Shown here: positions 18,725 through 30,451 of the stretch, piece by piece
How the letters are laid out: the number at the start of each line of letters is the position of its first letter
Position numbering within the stretch: position 1 is the first letter of the stretch
DNA from: Candidatus Omnitrophota bacterium
GTDB taxonomy: Bacteria > Omnitrophota > Gorgyraeia > 2-02-FULL-51-18
NCBI GenBank assembly: GCA_016197155.1
Contig: JACPWF010000036.1
Location: 931-64,930, forward strand
Length of the DNA: 64,000 nt
Direction of reading: 5' to 3'
The notes under the pieces: model-generated
Databases searched by the model: none
Told to the model about the DNA's origin: nothing
What the model saw: only the letters and a program-made list of their open reading frames with translations
Position numbers and translations under genes: made by a program

Positions 18725-18732
<8 letters not shown>
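17986..18732 (+). CDS. kdsB: 3-deoxy-manno-octulosonate cytidylyltransferase (CMP-Kdo synthetase)
   Basis: [32 protein letters not shown]... over the full length. GTG at 17986 overlaps the preceding TAG. Confidence 0.9.
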
Positions 18733-20337
<1,605 letters not shown>

Positions 20338-20341
<4 letters not shown>

Positions 20342-21186
20342 CCGCGCTTGAAAAGAAGAAAACCCGCGCGGTCCGCGTGGGGGCCATCCGCGTCGGGAGC
20401 GGCCATCCGCTTGTCCTCTTCGCCGGCCCCTGCGTCGTTGAAAATGAAAAGAGCGCCATTCGTCACGCCTGGGCCATTCAAAAAATCGCCCGCCGTCTCC
20501 GCCTTCCTTATATCTACAAATCCAGCTACGACAAGGCCAACCGCAGTTCGATCGGTTCTTTTCGCGGCCTGGGTCTCGGGCAGGGCCTGGCCATTTTGGC
20601 GAAGGTGAAAAAAGAGACCGGCTTGCCGATTTTGACCGACGTGCACACCGCCGAAGAAGTCCGCGAGGCCGCGCGCGTGGCGGATGTTTTGCAGATCCCG
20701 GCGTTTCTCTGCCGGCAGACGGATCTTTTGCTGGCCGCGGCCGCGACGGGAAAAGCGGTGAACGTGAAGAAGGGCCAGTTTTTGGCGCCCTGGGAAATGG
20801 GAAACGTGGTCGAAAAGATCGCCTCGGCGGGGAATAAAAATATTTTGCTGACGGAGCGGGGGACCTGCTTCGGTTACAACGCGCTCGTCAATGATTTCCG
20901 TTCGATCCCGATCATGAAGCGGTTCGGCTATCCCGTCATTTTTGACGCGACGCATTCGGTCCAACAGCCCGGCGGGCTCGGGAAAAGTTCCGGAGGCGAC
21001 CGGCAGTTCGTGCCGGTGCTGGCCCAGGCGGCCGTGGCGGCTGGCGCCGACGGGGTTTTTATGGAAGTGCATGAAAACCCGGACCGCGCCCCGAGCGACG
21101 GGCCGAACATGGTCAGGCTCGCGGATCTCGAGAGGCTCCTCGAGCGCCTTTTAAAACTCGGCCGCGTGGTGCGAAATGGTTTTTAG
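20338..21186 (+). CDS. kdsA: 2-dehydro-3-deoxyphosphooctonate aldolase (Kdo8P synthase)
   Basis: [30 protein letters not shown]... over the full length. Confidence 0.9.
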
Positions 21187-22147
21187 GCGCGGGGTGAAGA
21201 TCGCCAGACAAGTGATCCGGATCGAGCGCGACGCGCTGTCGGATTTGCTTTTACGGATCGACGCGCGCTTTGAGCGGGCCTGCGAACTCATTTTGAAATC
21301 GAAAGGGCGCGTGGTTGTCACCGGCATGGGCAAGCCCGGATTCATCGCGCAGAAAGTTTCGGCGACGCTGTCCTCGACCGGCACGCCTTCGCTTTTTTTG
21401 CATCCGGCCGAGGCCCTTCACGGGGATCTGGGGCGGGTGATGAAAGAGGACGTCGTCATCGCGTTTTCCAACAGCGGACAGACCGAGGAGCTTGTGAAAC
21501 TCCTGCCGCTCATCCGGCGGATCGGCGCGAGGCTCATTTCCTTTACGGGAAATCCGAAATCGATTTTGGCGAAATCAAGCGACGTGGCGCTCGACACGCG
21601 CGTGAAAAAAGAAGCCTGCCCGCTCAATTTGGCGCCCACGGCCTCGACCACCGTGATGCTGGCTTTGGGGGACGCGCTGGCCCTCGAGCTTCTGGAACGC
21701 AAAGGCTTTAAGGCCGAAGATTTCGCGTTTTATCATCCCGCCGGAAATTTGGGCAGGAAATTGACGCTCAAAGTTTCCGACATCATGCGCCGCGGCCGCG
21801 ACAACCCCATCGTTCCCGAAACGATGAGGGTGAGAGAGGTGCTCCTCCGCATCACGCGGGCGCGCGCGGGATCGGCGACGGTCGTGGACAAAAAGGGACA
21901 TCTCAAAGGGATTTTCACGGACGGGGACTTGAGGCGGCACCTGAAAGACGAGACGCGGATACTGGGGAGACCCGTCTCGGAAGTGATGACGCGCGGTCCG
22001 GTCACCGCCGCGGCCGGGGGACTCGCCGCGCAGGCGCTTCAGCTTTTGCGCGCGAGAAAAATCGATGAGCTTCCGGTCGTGGACGCCCGCCGCCGTCCCG
22101 TCGGGCTTTTGGACGTGCAGGATCTCTTGAAGGCCGGGATCGTCTGA
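21176..22147 (+). CDS. kdsD: Arabinose-5-phosphate isomerase (SIS + tandem CBS domains)
   Basis: [40 protein letters not shown] (SIS domain) plus C-terminal CBS domains. Confidence 0.88.
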   Translation: MVFRRGVKIARQVIRIERDALSDLLLRIDARFERACELILKSKGRVVVTGMGKPGFIAQKVSATLSSTGTPSLFLHPAEALHGDLGRVMKEDVVIAFSNSGQTEELVKLLPLIRRIGARLISFTGNPKSILAKSSDVALDTRVKKEACPLNLAPTASTTVMLALGDALALELLERKGFKAEDFAFYHPAGNLGRKLTLKVSDIMRRGRDNPIVPETMRVREVLLRITRARAGSATVVDKKGHLKGIFTDGDLRRHLKDETRILGRPVSEVMTRGPVTAAAGGLAAQALQLLRARKIDELPVVDARRRPVGLLDVQDLLKAGIV

Positions 22148-22149
22148 GC

Positions 22150-22680
22150 GTGCCGGCCGGGGACCTGAAAGAACGCATTCAAAAAATAAAGCTCGTCATC
22201 GTCGACAACGACGGCGTCCTGACCGACGGGCGCATCGTGTTCGGGGATTACGGCGACGAACTCAAATTTTTTGACGCGCAGGACGGGCATGGCCTGGCGA
22301 TGCTGCACCGCGCGGGCCTGGTGACGCTCATGGTGAGCGGACGGAAATGCCGGATCAATTCCCGCCGCGCCAAGGAAATGAAAATCACGAAACTTTATCA
22401 GAATATTCATGATAAACTGAAGATTTTTGAGAAGATCGTAAAACAATTCAAGATGAAACCCGAAGAGATCTGCTACATCGCGGATGACCTGATCGATCTC
22501 CCGATCCTTTCGAGGGTGGGCCTGGCGGTGGCCGTCCCGAACGCGGTGCCCGAGGTGAAACAGATCGCCCACTACGTGACTGAAAGACCCGGCGGGCGCG
22601 GGGCGGTGCGCGAGCTGGCGGACATGATTTTGAAAACTCAGGACAAATGGAAAGCCGTGACGGAAAGGTATTTCAGGTAA
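22150..22680 (+). CDS. kdsC: Kdo 8-phosphate phosphatase (HAD family)
   Basis: LVIVDNDGVLTDGRIVFGDYGDELKFFDAQDGHGLAMLHRAGL... with conserved kdsD-kdsC synteny. Confidence 0.85.
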   Translation: MPAGDLKERIQKIKLVIVDNDGVLTDGRIVFGDYGDELKFFDAQDGHGLAMLHRAGLVTLMVSGRKCRINSRRAKEMKITKLYQNIHDKLKIFEKIVKQFKMKPEEICYIADDLIDLPILSRVGLAVAVPNAVPEVKQIAHYVTERPGGRGAVRELADMILKTQDKWKAVTERYFR

Positions 22681-22687
22681 AATCAGT

Positions 22688-23470
22688 TTGCGATCCCATT
22701 TTCATCGTCAGAATGTTCCCCTCGTCGTTCTTTTTGCGGCGTGTCTCGCCGCGGTGATGCTTTTTTTCGTCCACGAAAGGGAAAAGAGACAGGCCCTGCG
22801 CGAACGATCGGTCCAGGCCTCCGCCGGCCCGCGCGATCAGCAGATCCAGCATTTTGTCCTGACGGGTTTTGACGACAGGGGAAAGAAATTTTGGGATCTC
22901 GAGGGCGGCACCGCCAGGATCGATCCGGACCAGACCGTGTACCTGGATGACAACGTGACCCTCAGGCTCCGCGACAACACGCTCGTCAAAACCAGCAAAG
23001 TCACCTGGGCTCAAAATTCGAGCCTCATGACCACGAACGCGCCGGTGGTGGTGAACCGCGAGGCCACCGTGATCCACGGGCGGGGCGCCATCGGCCGGCC
23101 GAATGAGAGTTTTATTCAGATCAACCGCGACATCCGCATGACCCTAAACGCCTCGGCCCACCTGACCTGCCAGGGGCCGATGAAGGTTTATTACAAAGAG
23201 AACAAGATGGTCTTTTTCCGCAAGGTGAGGGTGAAGGACTCGCGCGGTGTCCTTTCGGCCAACCGCATGGACGTTTTCATGGACGAACACAAGAAAGTGG
23301 ACAAGGTGATCGCCATCGGAAACGTCGTCATCGAGCGCGGAACGGACACGACCCATTCCCAGCGCGCCATCTACAGTCTTTTGACGGGCGCCGTGCGCCT
23401 CGAGGGGAGTCCCGAGATCACGCTTCATAAAGGAGGGGCCGGCTTCCTTGACAGCGCTGCTGGAAACTAG
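22688..23470 (+). CDS. lptC: LPS export protein LptC-like with an additional LptA/OstA_N-like beta-jellyroll region
   Basis: TTG start. N-terminal membrane anchor and position between kdsC and lptB, as for lptC/lptA in E. coli. C-terminal GNVVIERGTDTTHSQRAIYSL...RLEGSPEIT is OstA_N-like. Confidence 0.6.
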   Translation: MRSHFHRQNVPLVVLFAACLAAVMLFFVHEREKRQALRERSVQASAGPRDQQIQHFVLTGFDDRGKKFWDLEGGTARIDPDQTVYLDDNVTLRLRDNTLVKTSKVTWAQNSSLMTTNAPVVVNREATVIHGRGAIGRPNESFIQINRDIRMTLNASAHLTCQGPMKVYYKENKMVFFRKVRVKDSRGVLSANRMDVFMDEHKKVDKVIAIGNVVIERGTDTTHSQRAIYSLLTGAVRLEGSPEITLHKGGAGFLDSAAGN

Positions 23471-24173
23471 AACCTTAAAGAAAACCTACAACGGCCGCAC
23501 GGTCGTGAACGGCGTGGACCTGGCGATTTATCCCGGCGAGATCGTGGGGCTTTTGGGTCCCAACGGCGCGGGAAAGACCACCACGTTTTACATGGTGACC
23601 GGCATCGTCAGGCCCGACAGCGGGAACATTCTGTTTGACCATCGCGACATCACGCGCTACCCGATGCACAAACGCGCCCAGATGGGCATCGGCTATCTTT
23701 CCCAGGAACCTTCGATCTTCCGGAAGCTGACGGTCGAAGAAAATATCCTGGCCGTTTTGGAAACCCTCCAGCTACCCGAACCCGAGCGGCAGAAGCGCCT
23801 GGAGGAGCTTCTGAGCGAGTTGGGCATCAAGCATTTGAGAAAATCAAAGGCCATGACCCTTTCGGGCGGCGAGCGGCGGCGTCTCGAGATCACGCGGGCG
23901 CTGGTGACGCACCCCCTTTGCATCCTGCTCGACGAGCCCTTTTCGGGGATCGATCCGATCGCGGTTTCGGATTGCCAGAACCTGATCCGGGAATTGAAGA
24001 AAAAGGGCCTGAGTATTTTGCTCACCGACCACAACGTGCGCGAGACCCTCGCGATCACCGACCGCGCCTACATCATGTCCGAGGGGAAGATCCTCATCTC
24101 CGGCGGCAAAGACGAGCTTTTGACCAACAAAGAGGCTCGCAAAATTTACCTGGGCGAAAAGTTTACGATGTGA
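23448..24173 (+). CDS. lptB: LPS export ABC transporter ATP-binding protein
   Basis: Walker A GPNGAGKTTTF, ABC signature LSGGERRRLEITRAL, and LptB-length (241 aa). Confidence 0.9.
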   Translation: MTALLETRTLKKTYNGRTVVNGVDLAIYPGEIVGLLGPNGAGKTTTFYMVTGIVRPDSGNILFDHRDITRYPMHKRAQMGIGYLSQEPSIFRKLTVEENILAVLETLQLPEPERQKRLEELLSELGIKHLRKSKAMTLSGGERRRLEITRALVTHPLCILLDEPFSGIDPIAVSDCQNLIRELKKKGLSILLTDHNVRETLAITDRAYIMSEGKILISGGKDELLTNKEARKIYLGEKFTM

Positions 24174-24207
24174 CGGAAATGTGATAAAATTTCCGTCTGG
24201 AAAATTT

Positions 24208-24549
24208 ATGGAAATCGACATCAGCGGCCGGCATTTTCATGTCACCGCGCCTTTGAAAGCGTACGTCACCGAAAAGCTCGGGAAACTGGAGAAGTACGCG
24301 CTCAAGCTCGAAACCGCGCGCGTGATTTTCGAGGTCCAGCGCTTTCATCACCTGGCCGAGATCGTGGTGCGGGGAAAAAACCTGCGCCTGACCGCGCGGG
24401 AGGAAAACGCGGACACCTATGCGGCGTTCGACGAGTGTTTCGGGAATATTCAGCTTCAGCTTCGTCGCCAGCACGACCGCATAAAAGACCACAAGGCCCG
24501 GCGTTTTGAAGGCGCGCGCGCGGACAAACGCCGGAAGGAGCGGTCGTGA
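24208..24549 (+). CDS. hpf: Ribosome hibernation promoting factor (sigma-54 modulation protein family)
   Basis: MEIDISGRHFHVTAPLKAYVTEKLGKLEKY... aligns from the start of E. coli HPF. The upstream GTG at 24181 was rejected as the start. Confidence 0.85.
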   Translation: MEIDISGRHFHVTAPLKAYVTEKLGKLEKYALKLETARVIFEVQRFHHLAEIVVRGKNLRLTAREENADTYAAFDECFGNIQLQLRRQHDRIKDHKARRFEGARADKRRKERS

Positions 24550-25769
24550 AATCGAGTTTAAAAAATTTGAAAGATTGCCGCGTGAAATTATCGGTGGAAG
24601 TGGAGGGCGCGCGGGTCGAGGACCGTTTCCGGGAGGTCTTGAAGGATTTTCAAAAGGCCGCGACCCTTCCCGGTTTTCGCGCCGGCAAGGCCCCGATGGA
24701 GATGGTCGAGAAAAAATTCGCCAGGGAAGCCGAGGAGGAAGTTTTAAAATCGCTCATCCCGGAGGCCTATCACCAGTCGGTGGCGGCGCAGAAAGTTTCT
24801 CCGGTGTCGCTTCCGTCGATCTCGGAGGTGAGGCTCGAGCGCGGCCGGCAATTGACCTTTGTCGCCGAATTTGAACGTTCGCCGGAGTTTTCCGTTAAAA
24901 ATTATAAAGGCATCCGGCTGAAAAGAGGGTCCGAGGAGGTGAGCGCCCAGGACATGGAAAAGGCCATGACCTCTCTTTTGGAATCGAAGGCGGAGCTCAT
25001 CCCGATCCTCGAGCCGCGCGCGGTCCAAAAAGGCGATTTTATCGTCGCCGACATCGAAATTTGGAAGGACGGCGCGTACGCGCCCGCCAAAAAAAGCGCG
25101 CTCCTGCATGTCGAGCCGAGCGAGCAGGATGATTTTTACGACAAGGTCGCCGGCGCGCGTGTCGACGAGGTGCGTGAGATTTTGGCCGGCCCGGCCCGGA
25201 CGCCGCATTACAAGATTTGGATCCGCGACATCAAGGAAAAGAAACTGCCCGTTCTGGACGAGGAGCTTGCCCGGGGTTTCGGAAAGGCCTCGCTCGAGGA
25301 ATTGCGCGAGGCCGTGCGAAAAGACACGGCGCGGTACAAACGCTCGGAGTCATTTGAAAAAATGAAAACCGAGCTTTTCGGGAAACTTTTGAATCTGGTC
25401 TCGTTCACGGCGCCGGAAGGGCTGGTGGATCGCCAAAAACAGGAATTGCTCGAACAGACGCGCAAACAGTTTGCGCGCATGGGGGTCGGGCAGAAATTTG
25501 ACGAAGAAAAACCGGAGCTTGAAAAGCAGGCCCTCACCCGCGCGCGGGACCAGGTGAGGCTGTACTTTATCCTGCGCCGGATCGCCCAACTTGAAAAGAT
25601 CGTACTGAACGAAGAGGAGCTCGCCCGGCGCCTCGACGCGCTCGCGGCGGAGTCGGGCAGGCCCTTGGACGAGGCCCGGCGCGTTTTTGAGGAGGATTTG
25701 CGGGAGAGCATGCTGGAAACGAAGACCATTGATTTTTTGATCGCAAACGCGAAGTTTGAAGAGAAGTAG
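24546..25769 (+). CDS. tig: Trigger factor
   Basis: 407 aa with an N-terminal ribosome-binding domain (GFRAGKAPMEMVEKKF), a PPIase domain and a C-terminal domain. Conserved tig-clpP order. Confidence 0.9.
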   Translation: MKSSLKNLKDCRVKLSVEVEGARVEDRFREVLKDFQKAATLPGFRAGKAPMEMVEKKFAREAEEEVLKSLIPEAYHQSVAAQKVSPVSLPSISEVRLERGRQLTFVAEFERSPEFSVKNYKGIRLKRGSEEVSAQDMEKAMTSLLESKAELIPILEPRAVQKGDFIVADIEIWKDGAYAPAKKSALLHVEPSEQDDFYDKVAGARVDEVREILAGPARTPHYKIWIRDIKEKKLPVLDEELARGFGKASLEELREAVRKDTARYKRSESFEKMKTELFGKLLNLVSFTAPEGLVDRQKQELLEQTRKQFARMGVGQKFDEEKPELEKQALTRARDQVRLYFILRRIAQLEKIVLNEEELARRLDALAAESGRPLDEARRVFEEDLRESMLETKTIDFLIANAKFEEK

Positions 25770-25782
25770 TCAGTGGTTAGTA

Positions 25783-25810
25783 GTTAGAAGCAAACAAGGT
25801 TGCTTCTAAC
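25783..25810 (+). terminator. Perfect 11-bp stem / 6-nt loop hairpin between tig and clpP, embedded in a longer imperfect palindrome with CTACTAA direct repeats
   Basis: GTTAGAAGCAA-acaagg-TTGCTTCTAAC with no trailing T-run. Flanking TAGTAG...CTACTAA arms extend the dyad. Role as terminator/attenuator versus operator is unresolved. Confidence 0.4.
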
Positions 25811-25849
25811 TTCCAGCTACTAACTTCTAGCTACTAAACAGGAGGTTTT

Positions 25850-26449
25850 ATGAGCATTCTGGTTCCGATGGTCATTGAACAAACCGGCCGCACCGAGCGC
25901 GCGTACGACATTTATTCGCGGCTTTTGAAAGACCGCGTGGTGTTTATCGGCACGCCGATCGACGACGTGGTCGCCAATCTCATTGTGGCGCAGCTCCTTT
26001 TCCTGCAGATGGAAGACCCGGAGAAGGAGATCAGCGTCTACATCAATTCCCCCGGCGGCTCGATCACCAGTGGTCTTGCGATTTACGACACGATGCAGTT
26101 TTTGAAGCCGGACGTCGCGACTTATTGCATCGGGCAGGCGGCCAGCATGGGCGCGGTTTTGCTCGCGGCGGGGACGAAGGGCAAGCGCTACTCCCTGCCC
26201 AACGCGCGCGTCATGATCCACCAACCCTGGGGAGGCGTGCAGGGCGTGGCGGCGGACATCAACATTCAAGCCAAGGAGATTCAAAATTTGAAAGACCGCC
26301 TGAACCGGATCCTCGCCAAACACACGGGGCAGGAGGTGGCGAAGATCGAAAAGGACACCGACCGCGACTATTTCATGTCGGCCGAAGAGGCCAAGGCCTA
26401 CGGCCTGGTCGATGAAGTGGTCGTGAATATCCGCTCACTCAAAAAATAA
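25850..26449 (+). CDS. clpP: ATP-dependent Clp protease proteolytic subunit
   Basis: ...[32 protein letters not shown] with the Ser-His-Asp triad context. 199 aa. Confidence 0.95.
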   Translation: MSILVPMVIEQTGRTERAYDIYSRLLKDRVVFIGTPIDDVVANLIVAQLLFLQMEDPEKEISVYINSPGGSITSGLAIYDTMQFLKPDVATYCIGQAASMGAVLLAAGTKGKRYSLPNARVMIHQPWGGVQGVAADINIQAKEIQNLKDRLNRILAKHTGQEVAKIEKDTDRDYFMSAEEAKAYGLVDEVVVNIRSLKK

Positions 26450-26469
26450 TTAAAAAATAAGGAACGGCG

Positions 26470-27573
26470 ATGAAAGAATTTTTACTGCTGACGCCGGGAC
26501 CGACCAGTGTTCCCGCGCGGGTGCTTGAGAAAACGGCCCTCCCCATGATCCATCACCGCACGAAGGAATTTCAGGGCATCCTCGAGCGCGTGAACGCGAA
26601 CCTGCAAAAAATTTTTCTGACGAGGCATCCCGTGATGACCTTCGCCGCCTCCGGCACGGGGGCCATGGAGGCGTCGATCACGAATTTATTTTCAAAAGGC
26701 GACACGGCGCTTTCTTTTTCAGCCGGAAAATGGGGCGAGCGCTACCGCGACATCGCGCGCGCGTACGGGCTCGATGTGAAGAGTTTTGAAAAAACGTACG
26801 GGGAGGCGTTCACGCCCCGGGAGATCGAGGCGGGCCTGAAACAGCACCCTGGCGCGCGCGCGGTGATCGTGACCCTTTGCGAGACGTCGACGGCGGTTTT
26901 GCATCCGGTGGAGGCGATCGCCAAAGTGACGCAGAAGCACGGCGCGCTGTTGTTGGTCGATGCCATCAGCGGCCTGGGCTGCGATCCGCTCAAGATGGAC
27001 GAATGGGGCGTGGACGTCGTGGTGGCGGGAAGCCAGAAGGGGCTCATGCTCCCGCCGGGGCTGGCCTTTGTCGCTTTGAATGAGCGCGCCTCCGCCAAAA
27101 TCACGGCCTCGAATCTGCCGAAATATTATTTTAATTTTACGGAAACCCTGAAGATGATGAAAAAAAACGACACGCCGTTCACGCCGGCCGTGAGCCTCAT
27201 CCGCGGGCTCGACGAGGCCCTTGTCATGCTTTTGGAAGAGGGGATCGAAAAAGTCTGGAGGCGTCACGCCGAAACCGCCGCGTGGGTGAAGTCAAAGGTC
27301 GCCTCGCTCGGCCTCAAACTTTTTTCAAAGGCGCCGACGAACGCGCTCACGGCGATTGAGATGCCCAATCCGATCGATTCCGGGGCCGTGATCAAGGTCA
27401 TGCGCGACGAGCACCGCGTCGTGATGGCCGATGGGCAGGGGGAATTGAAGGGCAGGATCGTGCGCTTTGCCCACATGGGCGCGGCGTGCACGCCCGCCGA
27501 CGCGCGGCGGGGCTTCGAGGCGTTCACGGACGCGATGGCGAAAGCCGGTTTTAAAATTGAGGCGGCCGTTTAA
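26470..27573 (+). CDS. Class V aminotransferase (AGXT/SerC-like); probable phosphoserine aminotransferase given the adjacent serA
   Basis: MKEFLLLTPGPTSVPARVLEKTALPMIHHRTKEF... with a PLP-lysine region (SQKGLMLPPG). Immediately upstream of serA. Confidence 0.78.
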   Translation: MKEFLLLTPGPTSVPARVLEKTALPMIHHRTKEFQGILERVNANLQKIFLTRHPVMTFAASGTGAMEASITNLFSKGDTALSFSAGKWGERYRDIARAYGLDVKSFEKTYGEAFTPREIEAGLKQHPGARAVIVTLCETSTAVLHPVEAIAKVTQKHGALLLVDAISGLGCDPLKMDEWGVDVVVAGSQKGLMLPPGLAFVALNERASAKITASNLPKYYFNFTETLKMMKKNDTPFTPAVSLIRGLDEALVMLLEEGIEKVWRRHAETAAWVKSKVASLGLKLFSKAPTNALTAIEMPNPIDSGAVIKVMRDEHRVVMADGQGELKGRIVRFAHMGAACTPADARRGFEAFTDAMAKAGFKIEAAV

Positions 27574-29156
27574 TGGTTAAAATTCTTATTTGCGACGAGC
27601 TGGCCGAGGAAGGCCTCGGATTATTCCGTCAGGAAAAAAATCTGTCCGTTGTTTTGAAGACGAAACTTCCTCTCGAAGAGCTTAAGAAACAGATCGCCGA
27701 CGCCGACGCCTGCATCGTGCGCTCGGGGACTCAGCTCACGGCGGACGTGATCGGGGCCGCCAGGAAACTAAAAGTCATCGGGCGCGCCGGCGTGGGTCTC
27801 GACAACGTCGACGTCGAGGCCGCGTCTAAAAAAGGGATCATCGTGATGAACACGCCCGGAGGGAACACGATCTCGGCCGCCGAGCACACGTTTTCCCTCC
27901 TCATGGCGCTGGCGCGGAATATCCCGCAGGCGAGTGTCTCCGTCAAAAAAGGGGAGTGGGAAAGGAAAAAATTCACGGGTGTCGAGCTTTACGAGAAAAC
28001 GCTGGGGATCCTGGGTCTGGGCCGGATCGGAACCGAGGTGGCCAGGCGCGCGCAGGCCTTCGGCATGCGCGTGATCGGCTATGACCCTTTCCTGCGCGCG
28101 GAAAAAGCGCTCGAGATCGGCGTCGAGGCCGTTTCGCTGGACGAACTTTTGAAACAATCGGATTTCCTGACGCTCCACATGCCGCTCACCGCCGAAAACC
28201 GGCACCTGATCGGCGCGAAGGAACTTGAGAAGATGAAAAAAACCGCGCGCGTCATCAACTGCGCCCGCGGAGGGCTGGTGGATGAGGCCGCGCTCGCCGA
28301 GGCCATTAAAAACGGACGCCTCGCCGGGGCCGCGCTCGACGTGTTTGAGACCGAGCCGCCGGGGGACGGGGCGATCGTGGGCCTGCCGCAGGTGATCGTG
28401 ACCCCGCATCTGGGCGCGTCGACCGAAGAGGCGCAGATCGCCGTGGCCGTCGACGTCGTGCAGAGCGTCATTGATTTCTTCAAAGGCAAAAGCATCCGCA
28501 ACGCCGTGAATTTTCCGTCCGTGGATCCCGAAGTGCTCGAGCAGATCAAGCCCTACATTCATTTGGCGGAAAAAATGGGCTCGCTCCTCGCCCAGCTCAT
28601 CGAGGGCCAGATCCTTCAGGTGGACATCGAATACCACGGACAGGCCGTGGGTTATGAGGCCACGCCGATCACGGTGGCGGCCATCAAAGGACTTTTGGCG
28701 CCGATTTTGGCCGAGAGCGTCAATTACGTGAACGCCTCTTTTCTGGCCAAGGAGCGCGGGATCAAGATCACCGAGGCCAAGACATCCGACGCCTCGCGTT
28801 ATTCCAATTTGATCGATCTCGACGTCCGCACCGATAAAAAAACGAGCAAGATTTCCGGGACCGTGTTCACGCGCGAAGACACGCGGGTGGTCCGGCTCGA
28901 CGGTTTTGACGTCGAGGTGGCGCCGGAGGGGTATCTCCTCCTCATCTCCAACCGCGACGTCCCGGGGATCGTGGGCCAGATCGGCACCCTTTTAGGCGCG
29001 GGCGGCGTCAACATCGCCGGCATGACGCTCGGCCGCGACAAGCCCGGGGGGCAGGCGAGAACCCTTCTCAAAATTGACAGCGCCGTGCCGGACGCGGTGA
29101 TGCATCAGATCAAAAAGGCGAAGAACGTCTTAGACGCCAAACTCATCAGGCTTTAA
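27573..29156 (+). CDS. serA: D-3-phosphoglycerate dehydrogenase (with C-terminal ASB/ACT regulatory domains)
   Basis: 527 aa. NAD-binding GLGRIGTEVARRA, catalytic RGGLVDE and H(P)HLGAST motifs, and a C-terminal ACT domain. Confidence 0.9.
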   Translation: MVKILICDELAEEGLGLFRQEKNLSVVLKTKLPLEELKKQIADADACIVRSGTQLTADVIGAARKLKVIGRAGVGLDNVDVEAASKKGIIVMNTPGGNTISAAEHTFSLLMALARNIPQASVSVKKGEWERKKFTGVELYEKTLGILGLGRIGTEVARRAQAFGMRVIGYDPFLRAEKALEIGVEAVSLDELLKQSDFLTLHMPLTAENRHLIGAKELEKMKKTARVINCARGGLVDEAALAEAIKNGRLAGAALDVFETEPPGDGAIVGLPQVIVTPHLGASTEEAQIAVAVDVVQSVIDFFKGKSIRNAVNFPSVDPEVLEQIKPYIHLAEKMGSLLAQLIEGQILQVDIEYHGQAVGYEATPITVAAIKGLLAPILAESVNYVNASFLAKERGIKITEAKTSDASRYSNLIDLDVRTDKKTSKISGTVFTREDTRVVRLDGFDVEVAPEGYLLLISNRDVPGIVGQIGTLLGAGGVNIAGMTLGRDKPGGQARTLLKIDSAVPDAVMHQIKKAKNVLDAKLIRL

Positions 29157-30451
29157 TGAATACCGTTGTCGTCGGCGCCCAGTGGGGCGATGAAGGCAAG
29201 GGCAAGATCATTGACATCTTGTCCGAGAAAACCGATTTTGTCGTCCGTTACCAGGGCGGCAACAACGCGGGCCACACCGTCGTCAAAAAAAACGGCGAGT
29301 TCATTCTTCACCTGGTCCCTTCCGGAATTTTTCATCAAAACGTGCGCTGTGTGATCGGCAACGGCGTCGTCGTCGATCCGGCCGCGCTTCTGGGCGAAAT
29401 CGGGGAGTTGAAAAAAAAGGGCGTCTCGGTCGGGGGCCGTCTTTTTGTGAGCGAACGCGCGCACCTCATCCTGCCGTATCACCGGATTTACGACCGCCTG
29501 CGCGAGGATAAAAAAGGATTTCTGAAGATCGGCACGACGGGCCGCGGCATCGGGCCCAGTTACGGCGACAAGGCCATGCGCTCGGGCATCCGGATCGTGG
29601 ATTTGTACGACGCGGCGGTTTTCCGCGACAAACTGCGCGTGAGCCTTCTCGAGAAAAACGAAATTTTCAATAAAATTTACGGCTTCGAGGGATTCGATTT
29701 CGAAAAAATTCATGACGAATACCTCGGCTACGCCAAACGGATGAAACCCTTTGTCTGCGACACGGCCCTGGTCCTGCACGAGGCGGTGAAAAAAAGAAAA
29801 TCCATCCTCTTTGAGGGCGCGCAGGGCACGCACCTCGACGTGGATCACGGGACCTATCCTTTTGTGACCTCGAGCTCCGTCGTCGCGGGGGGCGCGGCCG
29901 CCGGCGCGGGTGTCCCGCCGACGGTGATCGATGAGGTGATCGGCGTCGTGAAGGCGTACACCACGCGCGTGGGCGAGGGGCCGTTTCCGACCGAGTTTGA
30001 CGAAACGCTCATGAACACCGTCCGCCAAAAAGGCAAAGAATTCGGCGCCACCACCGGGCGGCCGCGCCGCTGTGGGTGGTTTGACGCCATCCTCGCGCGG
30101 TATTCCTGCATCGTGAACGGGATCAGTCAAATCGCGGTGACGAAGCTCGACGTGCTGGATGATTTGAAAGAGATTAAAATCGGCGTGGGTTACCGGTACG
30201 GCGGAAAATGGCTCCGTCATTTTCCGGCGTCGCTGGCCGCGCAGACAAACGCCGAACCCGTTTACGAAACGCACCCGGGCTGGCTCGAGGACACGTCCGC
30301 CATTAAAAAATTTTCCCTCCTTCCCAAAAATGCCAAACGCTACCTCAGGCGGCTTTCCGGGCTTCTCGAGGCGCCGGTCACGATCCTGTCGGTGGGTTCT
30401 CACGAGAATCAGACGCTTTTCATGCGGGGCGCCAAACGGCATGGAAAATAA
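29156..30451 (+). CDS. purA: Adenylosuccinate synthetase
   Basis: VVVGAQWGDEGKGKIIDIL...GGNNAGHTV over the full length (431 aa). Confidence 0.95.
   Translation: MNTVVVGAQWGDEGKGKIIDILSEKTDFVVRYQGGNNAGHTVVKKNGEFILHLVPSGIFHQNVRCVIGNGVVVDPAALLGEIGELKKKGVSVGGRLFVSERAHLILPYHRIYDRLREDKKGFLKIGTTGRGIGPSYGDKAMRSGIRIVDLYDAAVFRDKLRVSLLEKNEIFNKIYGFEGFDFEKIHDEYLGYAKRMKPFVCDTALVLHEAVKKRKSILFEGAQGTHLDVDHGTYPFVTSSSVVAGGAAAGAGVPPTVIDEVIGVVKAYTTRVGEGPFPTEFDETLMNTVRQKGKEFGATTGRPRRCGWFDAILARYSCIVNGISQIAVTKLDVLDDLKEIKIGVGYRYGGKWLRHFPASLAAQTNAEPVYETHPGWLEDTSAIKKFSLLPKNAKRYLRRLSGLLEAPVTILSVGSHENQTLFMRGAKRHGK

Noticed and set aside
25783-25840. CRISPR-like array suggested by the repeated CTACTAA / AGCTACTAA units
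   Set aside because: Only two short (9-nt) direct repeats sit within an 80-nt spacer and there are no cas genes. It is far too short and irregular for a CRISPR array.
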